DNA of 64,000 bases from an uncultured bacterium (GTDB taxonomy: Bacteria; Hydrothermota; Hydrothermia; B15-G9; WFZT01). The stretch lies in contig CAZNDM010000074.1 of NCBI GenBank assembly GCA_964571845.1, positions 4,431 through 68,430 on the forward strand, written 5' to 3'. The notes beneath the pieces are model-generated. The model was not told where the DNA came from and did not search any database. It saw nothing but the letters and a program-made list of their open reading frames with translations. Both the position numbers and the translations under genes were made by a program. Of this stretch, positions 41,159-51,572 are shown one piece after another. Numbering within the stretch: the first letter of the stretch is position 1; every line of letters begins with the position of its first letter.

Positions 41159-42102
41159 AAACTGCACTCGTCCTGGGAGGTGGCTCTGTCAGGGGTTTTG
41201 CCCATCTCGGGGTTTTGGAGGCACTTGAAAAACACAACGTCAAATTTGATTTTATTGTGGGAACAAGTGCAGGGGGGATAGTGGGAACACTTTTTGCATA
41301 TCAGAAAGACATTTACAAATGCTTCAAAATTTTGGACGATGCGGCTCATTCAGAAGTCGTTAGAGAAATGCGACTCCAGAGCTACAAATTAAATTCACCT
41401 CAAAATGGTGTTGAAGAAGGCAGATTGCATAAATTGTTGAATACCATAAGGGGAACAATGCTTCTGAGAAGATCTCTTACCCACAGATCAATGGTAAGTG
41501 AAGAACAAATACTCAAGTTTTATAGGTTGATATATCCTGAAAATCTCAGCTTCAACGATCTTAAAATTCCTGTTTATGTGGTTGCACTGGATCTTATCTC
41601 CGGTAAAGATGTTGTTATTGGTAAGGGGGCTGTGATACCAGCAGTCAGGGCAACGAGTGCAATTCCTGGACTGCTCCCGCCGGTTATGATGAACGGAATG
41701 ATGCTCGTTGATGGGGGGACAACCCAGAAAGTGCCCGTTGAAAGTGCTTTTCTCCTGGGAGCTGACAGAGTCATTGCCGTGGATGTCGGAAGAGATCCAG
41801 ATTCGACCGATCCTTTAAATACAGGTCTTGAAATAATGTGGAGAACTGAGGACTGGTCCAACTATCGATTGCATCTCAAACAGCTCTCAATGGCAGACGT
41901 GCTTATAAAACCTGCTATTTCTCATATCAACTGGTACGATACAGAAGCCGCTGATTTCCTCTTCAAAGAGGGGTATGAAGAAACCATTAAAAAGATGAAA
42001 GAGATAAAAAAGCTAACTTCCCCCAGTCTTTTAAATAGAATTTTTGGACGTAAGAGAAAATACTACAAGGAACCGCTCGGAAAATACATAGTACTGGACT
42101 AA
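41155..42102 (+). CDS. Patatin-like phospholipase
   Basis: GGGSVRG, GTSAG and VDGG catalytic motifs. Confidence 0.92.
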   Translation: MKTALVLGGGSVRGFAHLGVLEALEKHNVKFDFIVGTSAGGIVGTLFAYQKDIYKCFKILDDAAHSEVVREMRLQSYKLNSPQNGVEEGRLHKLLNTIRGTMLLRRSLTHRSMVSEEQILKFYRLIYPENLSFNDLKIPVYVVALDLISGKDVVIGKGAVIPAVRATSAIPGLLPPVMMNGMMLVDGGTTQKVPVESAFLLGADRVIAVDVGRDPDSTDPLNTGLEIMWRTEDWSNYRLHLKQLSMADVLIKPAISHINWYDTEAADFLFKEGYEETIKKMKEIKKLTSPSLLNRIFGRKRKYYKEPLGKYIVLD

Positions 42103-42340
42103 AAAATCGTCACCCTGAAACCTGTCCTGTCAGGACCCCTGACATTACCCATGAAAATTTTAAATTTAAAAATGACTTCGAAACAGTTATAAATTGAGAG
42201 TGAGGATGTTACACGAATCTATGTCTTCAGAATGTAAAATTATACAGAATTTATAAATAAAACAGAGAGATGTTGCTCTCAGAGTGAAGTAATATCCGTT
42301 ATTTCTCTCATCTACTTGGCGTGAGACTGCATCCACAATG

Positions 42341-42455
42341 TCCCCTTCCACACTGCGGGAATGAATAAAGAGAAAGTGAGAGTTTACCCCTTACCTTATT
42401 CTCCTTTCATTTATCCTCCTCTGCGATGCGAAGCATTGTGGTGGAGGAGGTTATT
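42341..42455. repeat. Dispersed repeat, degenerate copy C (two units in opposite orientation)
   Basis: TCCCCTTCCACA...GGAA..AATAAAGA..AAAGTGA matches + strand 1920-1973. GCGATGCGAAGCATTGTGG matches the minus-strand unit GCAATGCAGAGCATTGAGG at 15 of 19 positions. Confidence 0.55.
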
Positions 42456-42466
42456 CTGTTCATTTC

Positions 42467-42514
42467 ATTCAAGTGTGGGAATATACAGGAATTCAAGTGT
42501 GGGAATATACAGGA
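42467..42514. repeat. Exact 24-bp tandem duplication
   Basis: ATTCAAGTGTGGGAATATACAGGA twice in tandem. Confidence 0.9.
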
Positions 42515-42607
42515 ATTGAATATTCATACATTATTCTGAAAAAAAGTAGGGACTGGAAATATCTGAATCTACACAATCGGCGGTTTTTTTAATAAATTAG
42601 TGGGAAT

Positions 42608-42649
42608 GATGTGTGGGGCGGCCGCCTCAAGGCGGCCGCCCCACACATC
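42608..42649 (-). terminator. Perfect 19-bp hairpin downstream of the CTD adhesin gene
   Basis: GATGTGTGGGGCGGCCGCC-TCAA-GGCGGCCGCCCCACACATC. Confidence 0.6.
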
Positions 42650-42670
42650 CCAATCTCGACAATCTTCCTC

Positions 42671-44479
42671 CTATCTCAAAATGATAAATCTACCACGTGA
42701 GCTCATCTTACCCGCTTTTATAATTACAAAATAAACTCCCGTTTTCAGTCCAGAAATTTCAATTGAATGAATCCCTGGTCTCATATAACCCAGATCAACC
42801 AGTTTAATTACCCTACCCGACACATCATAAACCCTCTCAACTACATTTGAACTCATAGGTAGAGTAAACTCCACTCTTACACGGTTTGGCCTGATATTCT
42901 TGATAACCATCGGGAACATCATGACTTTACTCTTAGAATTCTCCTCAACAGATGTAAGCTGGAAATCTTTCTCAACGTAATCGTCCTCAATCCTTACTGT
43001 ATCCATTCCGACCTGCTGACCGTCATAAGTGTAAAGTGAAACAGCATACTCCCCAGGGGGCATATTCTCAATGATGTAGCTTCCACTCTCATCCACTGGA
43101 GCAGTGTATTCCTCAAAGGTATCAATATTTCTGGCTATAACAAGTCCAGAGATAGACTTACCAGAAGAGATCAATCCCATGAGTCCTCCCGAGCCGTAAT
43201 TTTCTCTTGGTGAAAGAGTAAAATCAATGGAAGATGCTGGAGGGACAACAGGTGTGGCTTCCCTTATATACGGAGTTTCTCTATAAAATTCGTGTACATA
43301 TCCCCTTGCATAGGCAACAAGGAGAATTGAGTCTCCTGCAGGTAGGTATGGCAACCTGTAATTTCCGAGAGAATCGGTTCTCACTCCAATCGTATGTGGC
43401 GGTCTTCTAAAAAGAGCCCTTACGAATGCACCTGAAATCGGCTCTCCCGTCTCCTGATCAAAAACTGTACCCGTTACGGATGCAGTATCATAGGGTAAAT
43501 TTTGCCAAGGTGTAAGTGTGAAATCTATATTATTAACCGTATCACCAAAAGCGACATCAACTGGAGTCGCAGAGTCAATAACCGATGCGTTTTGATAAAA
43601 TTCTCGATAAAAGCCGAATTTCTTTGCCACGACAATATAATCTCCGGGTATCAGCCTCCCCAGGGTATAATTACCTGAAGAATCTGTACGTGTATATGAT
43701 CTCCATCCAACAGGTCTACCATTTATCAATTTAACCGCAAGGACAGCCGCGTTTCTCAGTCCCTCAGCAGTCTGCTCATTTGTAACAGTACCCCTTATTG
43801 CACTAAAAGCGAATCTGGACAGATTGAAGTTTATTCCTTCAAGTGTATCATTTGCAGATACCACAATCGTATCAGCGCTGTCAGAAGTGGTAGTATTATC
43901 ATAGTACTCTCTTACATATCTAGGTTTAAAACAAACTGCTATATACCTGCCAGCTGGAACCCCTCTTATTGAGTAAGTGCCTGTGGAATCCGAAAAACCC
44001 ATTAGGTTGAAAAATCTAATATGAGGCAAGGAGTCAACGGGACGTAAAAACACAAAAGCACGGGCAAGAGGATTGCCGGTCCTTTCATCCGTTACCATTC
44101 CTGAGACAACGGCTCCACTGAAATAATGACTCCATGGGTATAGAGTAAAGTTGATGCTATCGAGGGTAGCGCCTTCTGCAACAGTCACAGTATCAGCTTC
44201 GCTCCTCAAAGTATCACCATTGTAGTATAGAGGTCGAAATCCCGGATGGAACGCTCTCACAAAATAATTTCCCGGAAGCAGATTTCGGACGGTATAATGA
44301 CCGTTTCTATCCGAATAGCCAACTCTTGAGTGAAAGGGATGTGCAATATTTTCAGCAACAATTATAGTAAACCTGAGAGGTTCACCTGTCACACCGTTAG
44401 TTACCGTTCCAGAAATTGAAGCCCCCTGAAGAATAGTTACTCCAAGGACTACAATTAATCCAACCCATAACCTTTTCAT
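42671..44479 (-). CDS. Secreted protein with 4-5 carboxypeptidase-regulatory-like (transthyretin-like) repeats and a T9SS CTD
   Basis: Signal peptide; repeats of the form ISGTVT..TGEPL...D..G.Y....L.PG.Y...EFY....A......INFTL; CTD (VYDVSGRVIK...GVYFVII...RFIILR); AGGAGG SD. Confidence 0.85.
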   Translation of the reverse strand: MKRLWVGLIVVLGVTILQGASISGTVTNGVTGEPLRFTIIVAENIAHPFHSRVGYSDRNGHYTVRNLLPGNYFVRAFHPGFRPLYYNGDTLRSEADTVTVAEGATLDSINFTLYPWSHYFSGAVVSGMVTDERTGNPLARAFVFLRPVDSLPHIRFFNLMGFSDSTGTYSIRGVPAGRYIAVCFKPRYVREYYDNTTTSDSADTIVVSANDTLEGINFNLSRFAFSAIRGTVTNEQTAEGLRNAAVLAVKLINGRPVGWRSYTRTDSSGNYTLGRLIPGDYIVVAKKFGFYREFYQNASVIDSATPVDVAFGDTVNNIDFTLTPWQNLPYDTASVTGTVFDQETGEPISGAFVRALFRRPPHTIGVRTDSLGNYRLPYLPAGDSILLVAYARGYVHEFYRETPYIREATPVVPPASSIDFTLSPRENYGSGGLMGLISSGKSISGLVIARNIDTFEEYTAPVDESGSYIIENMPPGEYAVSLYTYDGQQVGMDTVRIEDDYVEKDFQLTSVEENSKSKVMMFPMVIKNIRPNRVRVEFTLPMSSNVVERVYDVSGRVIKLVDLGYMRPGIHSIEISGLKTGVYFVIIKAGKMSSRGRFIILR

Positions 44480-44530
44480 TTTAAAACCTCCTTTTTCTTT
44501 TTAGACCACTAATTTTGTTTTTTGTTTCCA

Positions 44531-46672
44531 TTATAAGAGAGAGGTGGGATCAATGTTAATGACGAATCTTTTCCCCGCCCTCCCAACCATACCGGTCTCC
44601 TTCAGGAGATGCTGAATGGCGTAAGGTTTACTGGCCTTTAAAAGAACCCTGTATCGATAATACCCCATCAATTTTTCAATAGGTGCAGGGGCAGGCCCAA
44701 TAATTTCAACATCTTCATCCGTGTGTGAAAGAAGTACTTCAACCACTTTCAGGATTTCTTTGGAAGCCTTTGACCTCGTTCTGGATCTAACTTCTATGTA
44801 ACCCAATCTCACAAAAGGGGGGTAGCCAAACAACTTTCTATTATTTAGCTCTTTCTCGAAAAATTCCTCATACCTCGATGAGGAGCCTGACTTTATCGCT
44901 ATGTCATCAGGATTGTAAGTCTGGATAATAACCTTTCCACCCTTTCTGGATCTTCCTGCAACCTGATTTATAAGTTGAAATGTAAATTCTTCTGCTCTGA
45001 AATCCGGGATCCCAAGAGTCGTATCAGCGAGTAAAACACCTACAAATCCAACTCCGGGAAAGTCAAACCCTTTTGTTACCATCTGGGTTCCAATCATTAT
45101 CTTCTTCTTTCCAGACAGAAATTCTTTATAGATTTCCCTATGTGCACCCCTCTTTCGTGTGGTATCAAGGTCCATTCTAACAATAATCTCTTTAGGGAAA
45201 AACTTTGATAGTTCCTCTTCCACTTTCTCAGTTCCAAATCCAACCGGTCTTAGTCTATAGGAGCCACATTTGGGGCAAACCTCTGGCACTCTTTTTCTAA
45301 ATCCACACAAGTGGCATTCAAGTGTCCTTGTGGATTTATGATAAACAAGGCTTACTGAACAATGAGGACATTTCTCGATATATCCGCAATCGGCACATTG
45401 AATGTGATGGGAGAAGCCTCTTCTATTTAGAAACAGGATCGCCTGCTTGTTTGAAGTAACTGTACTCCTCAATTCTTCCAGCATTTTAATGGAAAGGACA
45501 GAGTCACTTTTTTCTTCTCTCATATCCACAACTTCAATCTTTGGCATAAAATAGCCACGGATTCTCTTTTTCAGTCTAATCAGATCGTATTTTCCCACTT
45601 GCGCATTATAGTAGCTTTCAACGGACGGGGTAGCAGAGCCCAGAATTACTGGTATATCGAGGATTTTCCCCATCATCACAGCGACATCTCGCGCATTGTA
45701 GAAAGGGGCCCGCTCTTCTTTATACGATGTATCATGCTCCTCGTCCACAACAATCAGTCCAGGGTTTTTAAGAGGTATAAACAGACTCGATCTTGGACCA
45801 ACAACAATCTTAATATCGCCGTAGTAGGCTCTGTTCCATAACCATCTTCTCTCTCCTGGTGTCAAATTACTGTGATAAATACCGACTTTCGGGCCAAAAA
45901 CCCTTTGAAAATATGCAGAAATCTGATGTGAGAGGGCAATTTCTGGTACAAGAATGTAAACACCCTTACCGGACTTAACTGCGTGGGACGTGAGCCACAA
46001 GTAGAGAGCTGTTTTCCCACTTCCTGTTACACCATGTATAAGGAACGTCCGATATTTCCCTTTTTCTATGAATGGTGAAATTTTTTTTAAAGCATTGTAC
46101 TGCTCCTCCGTAGGCTCGGATGGTATGGAAATTCCCTCAATTTCATCACTGAACATGGCTTTCTCACCAATCGATTTCTTCACCTCTTTTACCTGAATTA
46201 ATTCCCGCTCCATTAGATCTCCGATAACTTTTCTGAAATTTTCCCCAAATCTTTTCCGTAAAGTTGACAGCGCAGTCCATTTTTTTCCTTTTGATAACAG
46301 AAATCTAATAATTTCATTATCAGGCAGATTATCGACATCGGATTTTAGTCTGATCTTAAGGGATTCTCGTCTTATTTCACCCGGCGGTAAAAATAGTCTG
46401 ACAATGGAATCCCAGCCTCCAAGATAATAGTCATGCATCCATTTCATGAGTTTAATATGAAAATGGGAAATTTTGTAAGGAAACACCTCGAGAATGGGCT
46501 TGACATCATAATCTCCGGCGTAATTGGATTTTAGATTAATAACTACCCCCTTAACTTTTCTGCCGACAACCTCTACAAGAACTACATCCCCAATATTGAC
46601 TTCAAATGTTCCAGTGTGGTAAGTAAGGAGGTTGTGTAAATTCAAAGATACAGCAACTTCGGCAAAGGGCAT
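44531..46672 (-). CDS. priA: Primosomal protein N' (replication restart helicase)
   Basis: HGVTGSGKT, VDEEHD, SATPS, two CxxC zinc pairs, GTQMVTKG and QVAGRS motifs. Confidence 0.95.
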   Translation of the reverse strand: MPFAEVAVSLNLHNLLTYHTGTFEVNIGDVVLVEVVGRKVKGVVINLKSNYAGDYDVKPILEVFPYKISHFHIKLMKWMHDYYLGGWDSIVRLFLPPGEIRRESLKIRLKSDVDNLPDNEIIRFLLSKGKKWTALSTLRKRFGENFRKVIGDLMERELIQVKEVKKSIGEKAMFSDEIEGISIPSEPTEEQYNALKKISPFIEKGKYRTFLIHGVTGSGKTALYLWLTSHAVKSGKGVYILVPEIALSHQISAYFQRVFGPKVGIYHSNLTPGERRWLWNRAYYGDIKIVVGPRSSLFIPLKNPGLIVVDEEHDTSYKEERAPFYNARDVAVMMGKILDIPVILGSATPSVESYYNAQVGKYDLIRLKKRIRGYFMPKIEVVDMREEKSDSVLSIKMLEELRSTVTSNKQAILFLNRRGFSHHIQCADCGYIEKCPHCSVSLVYHKSTRTLECHLCGFRKRVPEVCPKCGSYRLRPVGFGTEKVEEELSKFFPKEIIVRMDLDTTRKRGAHREIYKEFLSGKKKIMIGTQMVTKGFDFPGVGFVGVLLADTTLGIPDFRAEEFTFQLINQVAGRSRKGGKVIIQTYNPDDIAIKSGSSSRYEEFFEKELNNRKLFGYPPFVRLGYIEVRSRTRSKASKEILKVVEVLLSHTDEDVEIIGPAPAPIEKLMGYYRYRVLLKASKPYAIQHLLKETGMVGRAGKRFVINIDPTSLL

Positions 46673-46673
46673 A

Positions 46674-49600
46674 TTAGAATCTGTACCTTGCTTCAATACC
46701 AATTGAGATTTCCCCCTCTTTATCCCTTTCTCCATAGATGGCCATATTCCTCTTAATGAAGTATTTTACCTGATAGACGTCTTTTTCCAGCACTTCAAAA
46801 GAATGAGCATACTTGAAATAAACACGTGGTGACAGGTAGAGACCAACGGTGACACGTGGGTTTTCACCGGCGAGACCTGTTCTAAGCTCAAGCTCGTTTA
46901 TTCTCAGCCTTTTCTGTAACTCTTTAGAGATCAGTCCTTCTGCAAGATTGAGCGCCCTCGTTTTCATCAAACTGATATCTCTTATTGTCAATGGCACTTC
47001 TGAGAGCAATTTCCCGAAACTCAAGAGTGAGATTATATCTTCTTCCGGAAGCGGAGGATTGGAAGTTAGCTGGATCTCCGGTGTCTTCAAGCTTCCTGTA
47101 ACGTGCAGATCAATGAATATAGTGTCATCAACCACAGTTTCACCCTGAAGATTGAGAGTTGGATTTATCTCAGGCTCATTGTTAAAAATTATACTTCCTT
47201 CCTGAACGATGAAAATCCTGTCGAGATAAAGGAAAGTCCCCTTGATCACATCCAGTTTTCCGGATATAAGTACCGTCACAGGGTCCTGCTTCACAATTGT
47301 CAGGTCCGTGGAAAATTCCATATCCGCAAGCTCATTGACCAGGAAAATTCTCCTATCTGCCCTGATTCTTAGATTGAGTCTCAGTGGATTGGGCTTCATC
47401 CTGCCACTGCCACCTGATTTACCAAAAGACAGGTATGCATATCCCTCCTCCACGTAAATGTCACCTGAAACGAGGACATTATTCGGCAATGTCCCTGAGA
47501 CTTCAAGAGTGCCGTCAAATACACCTTCAAAGATATCTCCTTTCTTAAAGGGAAATTTGTAAAGGTGGAAGGTCAGTTTTAAACTTTCGGGCTTAAAACC
47601 AGAAAGTTGTATGTGACCAGAACCTTTCATGTAACCATTTTCTGCATCAATCCTGATGTCTGGAATCTCCACCCTCTGGTCTTTAAAAATCATCCTCACA
47701 AAAATACCTTCATATTCTTTTCCAAAAGTCTCTATGTAAACTCCACCTGTTTTCAGAACCATTTTACCTGCAAGTTCGGGGGAGGTAATGCTACCGGTTA
47801 GGACAAGGTTGCCTTTAAGTGCACCAGATTCCGGGTAAACCTCACCGCCCAATAGGTCCGTTATGATATCTGCATCTATATGATCTACAGTCAAATCGGC
47901 ATGGATGTTTTTTTGCTTGATAAAGGTGATTTTGAAAGGATTAATAGAAAATTGTGCAGGCACAACAAAATCTGTGTAGATCGCAAATTTCTTCCCCTTA
48001 ATCACAGTTAATGGACTTATAAAATTCTGATCCTCATAGACAACTTCTGTCCTCACTGTATCAATATCTAAATTTTTCATTCGAGCGCTGCATACAGTAC
48101 CCTTAAATCCTGCCTCAGGTGACGATGCAGAACCATGGATTTCAAGTTCACCTGACAATACTCCTTCCTCAAACGAAACTGACCTTAAGAGTTCATGAAG
48201 ATAAGAGATATCAATCTGTCTCAATTCTACATGTGCATCAATGCTATCCCGGGAGTACCTGAGATAAGCTTTTGAAAGTTGACCTTTAAACAGATTTATG
48301 GAATCGCCTGACAGTTCGAAACTGTTTCCTACAACATTCAAAAAAATGGGATTTTTAGTTCTTTCATTAAGGGAATCCAGTTTGTAGGCAAAATCATTAT
48401 TCTCGATGTAAATACCACTTGAATCCATGTAGAGTTTCCCCCTTACTTTTACCCAGTTTTCTCCAAAGTAAGTGGAAAGATAATACTTACCCATGTGATA
48501 CGATGATAGCGAAAGCCCCAGAACTGCAGAATCGGAAACGATTTTCCCCACAGCAAATCTCTCGCTCATCAACTCCACGTTCAAGTTTCCATCTTTAAAA
48601 TTGATACTCGCTCTCAGATATGGAGACTCTATCTTCTCATATTCGAGAGATTTGACTTCGGTCGATAGTTCAACTTCCTTATAATTCCCTCTCAGAAATA
48701 TCGAACCAGCGATGTTGAAATAGCTTGTGTGAATTGGACGTGGTGCATACGCATAAATATCATAACCATTACCAGACATATTCAACCTCGAAGAATCCTT
48801 TGAAACGTAACCATTAAAAATGATGTTTAAATTCGGATCAATAAGCTCTCCATTGTGGATATAAAGCTCTCCCTTTCTGTAATCAGACATAAGATTTAAC
48901 TGTCTAAAACTATATTTTTTGTAAAAAACATTTCTCAAATAGGCCTCAAATGATCCTATTGGTCCTTTACCTCTGAGGGAGACTACTCCGGAAAATCCGA
49001 TACTGCCATTTCTATAGTTTGAAACATCAAGGTTGAGAGCATAGCTTATGGAATCAGTAACACCATAGGAAAGATTCCCCACTGATCCTCGGCCTTCAAT
49101 TGACATTTTCTCCTTGAAAAAGGCAAATTTGTAAAGGTGTAACGTATCAAAATCCTCTGTCGATAAGACAACTTTAAGGGAGTCAACATTATATTTTCCA
49201 ACAATTTTTGACCTTTTCGCATAGATTTCGTAAGTATTTTCCCTGATTTTCCCATCTGCATTTTTTAATACGGTATTCCCATACCTAACAAATTTTGCAT
49301 ACCAGAGTAGCAAATTTTTCCCTGGAATTTTTAGCCTCCCTTCTTTGACAACAATCTTATCTGATAGTGCTGTGATATTGCCAAGCACCGTAGAATCTTT
49401 AAAAACTCTAACAGTGGAAGACAAATACCTGTATTCATTATTAAGAAAAGAAATCCTTGTAGCCTTAAAGGGTATCACAAGTGAATTTGAAACACCCTTG
49501 AATTCACCAATTACGTAGGCCATTTTGAAGTCAATGCCACCGGCGACAAACTCAGCCTTATTCCAGACAACTTTTGAGATCTCAAATTCCGGGATTTTTC

Positions 49601-49940
49601 CACTTCCTCCCTTTCCATGTGTATAAGCAGCAACGAGTGTGTCGAGATTAAAATAGAGATTAACTGCTTTGATCAATGCAATTTTTCTATAAAGGATGTC
49701 CACAAAATCGAAATCAACTTCAAGTGTGTCTGCGTTCATAGATTTTGACCTGAAATTGACAAATCTCACATAAGAAAATGGATTAAATTCGTAGGAATCA
49801 TAGTAAATTTTAGATTTCAAAATGCTCTCAATCAGATGTTTAACTCCATTCCTTGAAACTCTATATCCAAACTCCAGTCCAACTCCTGCTAACACAATAA
49901 CCATAAGGATTATGAATATCTTCGTTAGATTCTTCTTCAT
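46674..49940 (-). CDS. tamB: Translocation/assembly module TamB-domain protein
   Basis: N-terminal TM anchor, beta-taco-like body, C-terminal DUF490 pattern (ISGKLDVIKG, NPTLNL, LTSNPPLPEEDIISLLSFG, VGLYLSPRVY). Confidence 0.8.
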   Translation of the reverse strand: MKKNLTKIFIILMVIVLAGVGLEFGYRVSRNGVKHLIESILKSKIYYDSYEFNPFSYVRFVNFRSKSMNADTLEVDFDFVDILYRKIALIKAVNLYFNLDTLVAAYTHGKGGSGKIPEFEISKVVWNKAEFVAGGIDFKMAYVIGEFKGVSNSLVIPFKATRISFLNNEYRYLSSTVRVFKDSTVLGNITALSDKIVVKEGRLKIPGKNLLLWYAKFVRYGNTVLKNADGKIRENTYEIYAKRSKIVGKYNVDSLKVVLSTEDFDTLHLYKFAFFKEKMSIEGRGSVGNLSYGVTDSISYALNLDVSNYRNGSIGFSGVVSLRGKGPIGSFEAYLRNVFYKKYSFRQLNLMSDYRKGELYIHNGELIDPNLNIIFNGYVSKDSSRLNMSGNGYDIYAYAPRPIHTSYFNIAGSIFLRGNYKEVELSTEVKSLEYEKIESPYLRASINFKDGNLNVELMSERFAVGKIVSDSAVLGLSLSSYHMGKYYLSTYFGENWVKVRGKLYMDSSGIYIENNDFAYKLDSLNERTKNPIFLNVVGNSFELSGDSINLFKGQLSKAYLRYSRDSIDAHVELRQIDISYLHELLRSVSFEEGVLSGELEIHGSASSPEAGFKGTVCSARMKNLDIDTVRTEVVYEDQNFISPLTVIKGKKFAIYTDFVVPAQFSINPFKITFIKQKNIHADLTVDHIDADIITDLLGGEVYPESGALKGNLVLTGSITSPELAGKMVLKTGGVYIETFGKEYEGIFVRMIFKDQRVEIPDIRIDAENGYMKGSGHIQLSGFKPESLKLTFHLYKFPFKKGDIFEGVFDGTLEVSGTLPNNVLVSGDIYVEEGYAYLSFGKSGGSGRMKPNPLRLNLRIRADRRIFLVNELADMEFSTDLTIVKQDPVTVLISGKLDVIKGTFLYLDRIFIVQEGSIIFNNEPEINPTLNLQGETVVDDTIFIDLHVTGSLKTPEIQLTSNPPLPEEDIISLLSFGKLLSEVPLTIRDISLMKTRALNLAEGLISKELQKRLRINELELRTGLAGENPRVTVGLYLSPRVYFKYAHSFEVLEKDVYQVKYFIKRNMAIYGERDKEGEISIGIEARYRF

Positions 49941-50045
49941 GGTTGTTGGAAAATTCTAATGCCAGTAATAAAATACTCAAAGAATGGTATTTTCCCCACC
50001 ATGCTATTAAAATAATCCTATCACTGATGTGGAGAAAAACTTACA

Positions 50046-51572
50046 ATGTTTGTTTTAACACCCGATGAACAGAAAAGACTCAGGAAAATTGCCAACAGGG
50101 AAATTGGTCTCAAAAACCCTATTCTCACTGAGAATGCTGGTAGAACAGCATTTTCAGTCTTAATTGAGGAAATTGACCTCCCTGTTGATAGAGCTGTTGT
50201 TGTAATTGGGAAAGGTTACAACGGAGCAGAAGGACTGGTTGTTGCAAGATATCTACTTGAAAAATCACGTGAGTTATCAGTTTTTATCGTTGGAAAAAGG
50301 AGACATTTGAACAGAGAAGCTAAGGCAAATCTTAAACTTTTTGAAAAGTTCGGTGGAAAAGTCCGTGAAATTATTACACCGGATATTAACATCAGAAATA
50401 AATTTTTAAGAGCAAATCTAATTGTAGATGCAATTTGGGGAACAGGATTTAAGGGAAAACCTGAAGGAATTTACAGAAATATTATCAGCTGGATAAATGA
50501 ATCACGTGCCTACACCCTTTCACTCGACATTCCTTCAGGGGTAAATCCGGCTACAGGTGAGGTTTCAACCGATGCTGTATACGCTGATCTCACTGTAACA
50601 ATGGTTTTCCCAAAGGTTGGAAACATCTTCTATCCCGGTAAGTTACATACTGGAAAGCTCGTAATAGCGGATACTGGAATACCTGAGAAAATAGTGTCAC
50701 GAGAGGTCAAAAGGGCAACCTTTGAAGAAGAGGATGCCGCGAAATATATCATCACGGGTAATCCAAACGGTAGAGTACTGTTTATTGGAGAATTAGAAGA
50801 TTCTTTATTGTCAGCTAATGCCGCAATTAGAATTGGAGCCGGTACTTCCTACATTGCACTTCCCAAAAAGTATCTCAATTCTGTTTCACCTGTATCCCCA
50901 AACGTTGTAGAGCTACCCGTCATTGATAGGGGAGGTATCCTGAACGATGAATCGGCGGATTTTATCTGTAACTACGGCCTTGATTTTAATGCCCTTGTAA
51001 TAAACAGCGAAGCCCATGGAAAAATTTTAAATTCTCAGGGTTTCCTGCGACTGATAAAAAGATTCAGGGGATCAATTCTTATCGACTCCCCGGGTGAAGG
51101 CCTGCTTGGAATCCATCTAAACTGCCTGAGAAATAGAGAAAACCCTTCTATCCTGATGATTACAGCTCAGGAATTTAAAAAATTACTTAACCGTATTAAA
51201 GATGAAGATGACGTTGATCTAATAAAATCTGGTGTGGAATTCGCCACTTACAACAATACTGTGCTCGTTATCAAAGGAACTCCGGCAGTCGTATTCACCC
51301 CTGATGGTTTCACCTGGATAAATTCTACGGGTACCCCTGGACTGGCGAGTGGAGACACAGGAAGAGTACTTACTGGAATGATAGCCGGTTTGTTAACTCA
51401 AGGATACTCACCACCCAACGCCTCTATCCTGGCAGTTTTTCTCCATGGACTGGCAGCAGACATCGGAGTCATTGACCTTACTAAACACACACTTATTGCC
51501 GGGGATCTGATTGAATATATACCCGAAGCGATAAGATATTTAAAAGATTATGAAGACATGGATCAAAGTTAG
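50046..51572 (+). CDS. nnr: Bifunctional NAD(P)HX repair protein (YjeF_N plus carbohydrate-kinase domain) with degenerate motifs
   Basis: ENAG, DAIWGTG, DIPSG and ADTGIP (YjeF_N); VIKG..AVV, NSTGTPGLA and AVFLHGLAAD (YjeF_C). Several catalytic loops are altered. Confidence 0.85.
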   Translation: MFVLTPDEQKRLRKIANREIGLKNPILTENAGRTAFSVLIEEIDLPVDRAVVVIGKGYNGAEGLVVARYLLEKSRELSVFIVGKRRHLNREAKANLKLFEKFGGKVREIITPDINIRNKFLRANLIVDAIWGTGFKGKPEGIYRNIISWINESRAYTLSLDIPSGVNPATGEVSTDAVYADLTVTMVFPKVGNIFYPGKLHTGKLVIADTGIPEKIVSREVKRATFEEEDAAKYIITGNPNGRVLFIGELEDSLLSANAAIRIGAGTSYIALPKKYLNSVSPVSPNVVELPVIDRGGILNDESADFICNYGLDFNALVINSEAHGKILNSQGFLRLIKRFRGSILIDSPGEGLLGIHLNCLRNRENPSILMITAQEFKKLLNRIKDEDDVDLIKSGVEFATYNNTVLVIKGTPAVVFTPDGFTWINSTGTPGLASGDTGRVLTGMIAGLLTQGYSPPNASILAVFLHGLAADIGVIDLTKHTLIAGDLIEYIPEAIRYLKDYEDMDQS

